This document shows, piece by piece, positions 57,792 to 59,876 of a stretch of DNA of 59,876 nucleotides. Where the stretch lies: NCBI GenBank assembly GCA_002711105.1, contig PAIH01000024.1:1-59876 (forward strand), given 5' to 3'. Every line of letters starts with the position of its first letter. Positions within the stretch are counted from its first letter, which is position 1. The notes below the pieces were generated by a model that did no database searches, was not told the DNA's origin, and worked only from the letters and a program-made list of their open reading frames with translations. The stretch comes from Planctomycetota bacterium. Lineage in GTDB: Bacteria; Planctomycetota; UBA8108; UBA1146. Made by a program: the position numbers and the translations under genes.

Positions 57792-58211
57792 TCACGTCCC
57801 GGTGAGTCTCTGAACTTCAGTGATGAGCTCGTCGATACGACTGAGCGTTTGCTGCTGAACTGACTGGTTCTGTTCTCCCGTGTCATCATCGTCGAGTAGC
57901 TCTTCGATCTCCTTCATGTTGCGAGAGATCTCATCGATCAAGCCTTCCACTTTTCCGAGCGGATTGGCTGTATCGAGAATATCGAGCGGATCCACATCGA
58001 TGGGGTTATCGTCGAGCAACCGCTTGAGAGGATCCTCTTCATCATCGTCTGGAGCATCTATTGCCGGCTGATCAGGAGTGTCCGCTCCGATCTCCGGTGA
58101 TCCTGGTCGGACATCCGGTCGGATACCTTCGAGGTCAGCTTCCTGAGCCTGGGCCGGTATGCACAGCACCCACAGCAGGAGCAAAGAAATCTGAACGATA
58201 GCGATTCGCAT
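57792..58211 (-). CDS. secreted acidic protein, hypothetical (ends at a TGA that is in frame with 57393..57791)
   Basis: Start at ATG 58211, with signal peptide MRIAIVQISLLLLWVLCIPAQA. The rest is D/E-rich (DAPDDDEEDPLKRLLDDNPIDVDPLDILD). Confidence 0.55.
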   Translation of the reverse strand: MRIAIVQISLLLLWVLCIPAQAQEADLEGIRPDVRPGSPEIGADTPDQPAIDAPDDDEEDPLKRLLDDNPIDVDPLDILDTANPLGKVEGLIDEISRNMKEIEELLDDDDTGEQNQSVQQQTLSRIDELITEVQRLTGT

Positions 58212-58362
58212 CGGAACTCTCTTTCCTTCGCACAGGTTCGCCCGTGGGAAGATCTTCATCGGGCCTATCCGTACCAAAACGACTGTTACAGAACTCAAGA
58301 TGAAGTGCGGCCAACGACCACCCATCTAGTATACCCCGAATCTTTGCAGGATGTATCGAGCA

Positions 58363-59876
58363 TCACCCTCCCCCCTCTCCGTCCTTATCGGGTCCAGAAT
58401 CACCGGGATCTGGGCCTTCCGGAGCCTCATTAACCGTCGGAGGTTGCATCTGACGCTGGAGATCGGAAGCAATTTGTTCGGTAAGCTCGATGATGCTTCC
58501 CTGGCGCTGGACCAGTCGCTCCAGCAGCCTCTCCTCCAGAGGATTGAGTTCCTCGCCTTCTTCACGTCGCTCATCGAGACGACGAGTACGGCGCAGGACT
58601 TCCTCCTGCATCCGTTTCAGGGCCAGCAACTCAGCCGCTGGAGGGACCAGCTGGGTCTGCGCTGCCTGCTGCTGTTGTTGCTGCTGTTGCTGCTGCTGTT
58701 GCTGCTGTTGCTGTTGATTTCTTCTCCTCAATTCCTCCTCGAGAGAATCTCGCAACCTGCGCAACGAATCGAGGGCCTCAGAAAGAAGTAGTTGGGTATC
58801 GAGTCCCGGATCATTCCTCGGACTCAAACCCTCGCGAGCTTCGGCAAGATCGGCCAGAAGATCACGAATGATGTAGGAGAAAACCCGGACTTTTTGCGCA
58901 TCGAGCGCTTCCAAAACCTCGTTGCCCGAGTCCTCGACATCGGAAACTTGACCGGAGAGACGGCGCATCCGGGCACGTTGCGCCCGTCCCGGACGCCCGT
59001 CACCCACTGTCTCTGCGATGGTACGGGTCTCCGACAGAATTGAATCGATCTGGTCCGACATGTCGGTGATGGTTCCGATGAGATCGATCAGTTGCTGCTC
59101 CACCTTGAGATCAGCGAGTTCCCGTTCTTCCTCTTGCAGTCGCTGTTGCTCCTGCTCGAGTTGTTCCAGCGCTTCATCTTGTTGCTGACGTGCAGACGAA
59201 GCATCTCCGCGTTCCAGGCTTTCGGAGGCCCGATCCATACTTTCGGAGGCACCCTGTAGTCCTTCCGCAGCGGAAGGATCTTCCTCGGCGAACTCCTCGG
59301 CTCTATTTCTCGTTAATCTCTCCAGTTCATCTTGTTCGCCGGAGAGCTCGGGAGTGGCTTCCTGTTGACGCTTCAATCGCTCCAGAGCATCTTCGTCCGA
59401 TCCCTGAAGGGCCTCTTCTGCTCTTTCCAGAGCGGTCTCGGCAGCTTGCTGAGCAGACTCTGCCGCTTGACCACCACTCATCTGTTCAGCAGCGCTCTCC
59501 ATTGCGGAGCGAGCACTGCGCAAAGCTCGACGAGCGTCCCCCACCTTTTTACGAAGTTTCTCATCTTCCTCGGGAGACAGACTCTGCTGGCCCTTGGAAA
59601 GTTTCTTTTCCAGCCGGTCCAGTTCTTCCTCCAGTTCGCGTGTCAACTCGGCAAGGCGTTGCTGACGATTGGAGGGGCGATTCTCATCGGATCGCTCGGC
59701 TAGCGAGGAGAGACTTTCTGCAGCCTCCTGTGCTCGTTCGGCAGCCTCCTGAACCTGTTCGATTCGTTCCCTTTCCGACGACGCAGAAGATTCCTCGCCC
59801 TGCTCACCGGACTGTTGACCGGACTGCTCGCCAGACTGCTGGCCGGACTGCTGGCCAGACTGCTGGCCGGACTGCT
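58363..59876 (-). CDS. large Q/E-rich coiled-coil protein, hypothetical (5' end outside the window)
   Basis: The frame stays open upstream of the track TTG start (59646) all the way to the window edge (...QSGQQSGQQSGEQSGQQSGEQGEESSASSERERIEQVQEAAERAQEAAESLSSLAERSDENRPSNRQQRLAELTRELEEE...). It has heptad-like E/Q/L/R composition and a 17-Gln run. Confidence 0.6.
   Translation of the reverse strand, partial: QSGQQSGQQSGQQSGEQSGQQSGEQGEESSASSERERIEQVQEAAERAQEAAESLSSLAERSDENRPSNRQQRLAELTRELEEELDRLEKKLSKGQQSLSPEEDEKLRKKVGDARRALRSARSAMESAAEQMSGGQAAESAQQAAETALERAEEALQGSDEDALERLKRQQEATPELSGEQDELERLTRNRAEEFAEEDPSAAEGLQGASESMDRASESLERGDASSARQQQDEALEQLEQEQQRLQEEERELADLKVEQQLIDLIGTITDMSDQIDSILSETRTIAETVGDGRPGRAQRARMRRLSGQVSDVEDSGNEVLEALDAQKVRVFSYIIRDLLADLAEAREGLSPRNDPGLDTQLLLSEALDSLRRLRDSLEEELRRRNQQQQQQQQQQQQQQQQQAAQTQLVPPAAELLALKRMQEEVLRRTRRLDERREEGEELNPLEERLLERLVQRQGSIIELTEQIASDLQRQMQPPTVNEAPEGPDPGDSGPDKDGEGGG
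58666..58716 (-). repeat. CAG/CAA trinucleotide tract encoding 17 consecutive Gln
   Basis: Counted codon by codon on the minus strand: caa cag caa cag cag caa cag cag cag caa cag cag caa caa cag cag cag. Confidence 0.9.
59809..59876 (-). repeat. 12-nt tandem coding repeat (at least 5.7 copies, truncated by the window edge) encoding (SGQQ)n
   Basis: Plus-strand units are ggactgttgacc / ggactgctcgcc / agactgctggcc / ggactgctggcc / agactgctggcc / ggactgct. Confidence 0.85.

Noticed and set aside
57494-57889. A track ORF of 131 aa (Arg-rich; MMTRENRTSQ...) spanning the TGA region
   Set aside because: It overlaps the 3' end of the secreted acidic ORF in another frame and has extreme R/S/V composition. 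The alternative frame continuous with 57792..58211 gives a far more protein-like sequence ending in a stop/start overlap with the next gene.
59809-59876. A short regularly spaced repeat at the window edge as a possible CRISPR array
   Set aside because: The units are 12 nt, directly tandem with no spacers, and in frame with an open coding frame encoding (SGQQ)n. This is a coding repeat, not a CRISPR array.

Overview
A 59.9-kb chromosomal segment, moderately GC-rich by eye. It is densely packed with about 52 protein-coding genes, mostly on the minus strand. I found no rRNA, tRNA, CRISPR array, transposase, integrase or phage genes, so this looks like core genome rather than an accessory island. 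TGA works as a normal stop for several conserved full-length genes (standard bacterial code).

The gene content fits a Planctomycetota/PVC-like organism, though this is inference only. It includes a dockerin-bearing giant exoprotease, an FGE-domain protein, a TAT-exported Gfo/Idh/MocA oxidoreductase, a prenyltransferase/squalene-oxidase-repeat protein and Q/E-rich secreted coiled-coil proteins.

Content from left to right:
- cstA 3' end, an msrB-msrA fusion and rsmG
- an acyl-CoA cluster: thiolase, two acyl-CoA dehydrogenases, meaB, hbd
- a 1438-aa modular M4 metalloprotease
- an ABC ATPase with two ABC-2 permeases, then an SGNH hydrolase
- a gamma-glutamylation-type amine catabolic operon: GS-like ligase, PuuD-like hydrolase, SDR, ALDH
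- a periplasmic redox group: TAT Gfo/Idh/MocA, ApbE, FGE-like protein, heptaheme cytochrome c, 4-TM protein
- icmF, prkA-yeaH-spoVR and dnaK
- a lipoprotein / sensorless histidine kinase / sigma-54 activator operon
- an nrnA-like DHH phosphoesterase, an XRE regulator, mdh-sucD-sucC, a TPR protein and a YhaM-like nuclease
- bamD-like, lptE-like, folP, cdaA, cdaR, glmM
- recO, a CBS/CorC protein and a prenyltransferase-like protein
- a string of Q/E-rich secreted proteins that runs off the right edge

The most notable observations are two in-frame TGA codons. (1) One sits exactly at the catalytic Cys position of the MsrA half of the MsrB-MsrA fusion, which predicts a selenoprotein. (2) The other joins a secreted acidic ORF to a 132-codon start-less continuation, and a GC-rich hairpin lies 12 nt downstream of it. 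This could be recoding, readthrough or a disrupted gene. Nothing here clearly amounts to a new multi-gene system. The FGE-like / heptaheme cytochrome / membrane-protein operon and the Q/E-rich secreted gene string are the least explained blocks.
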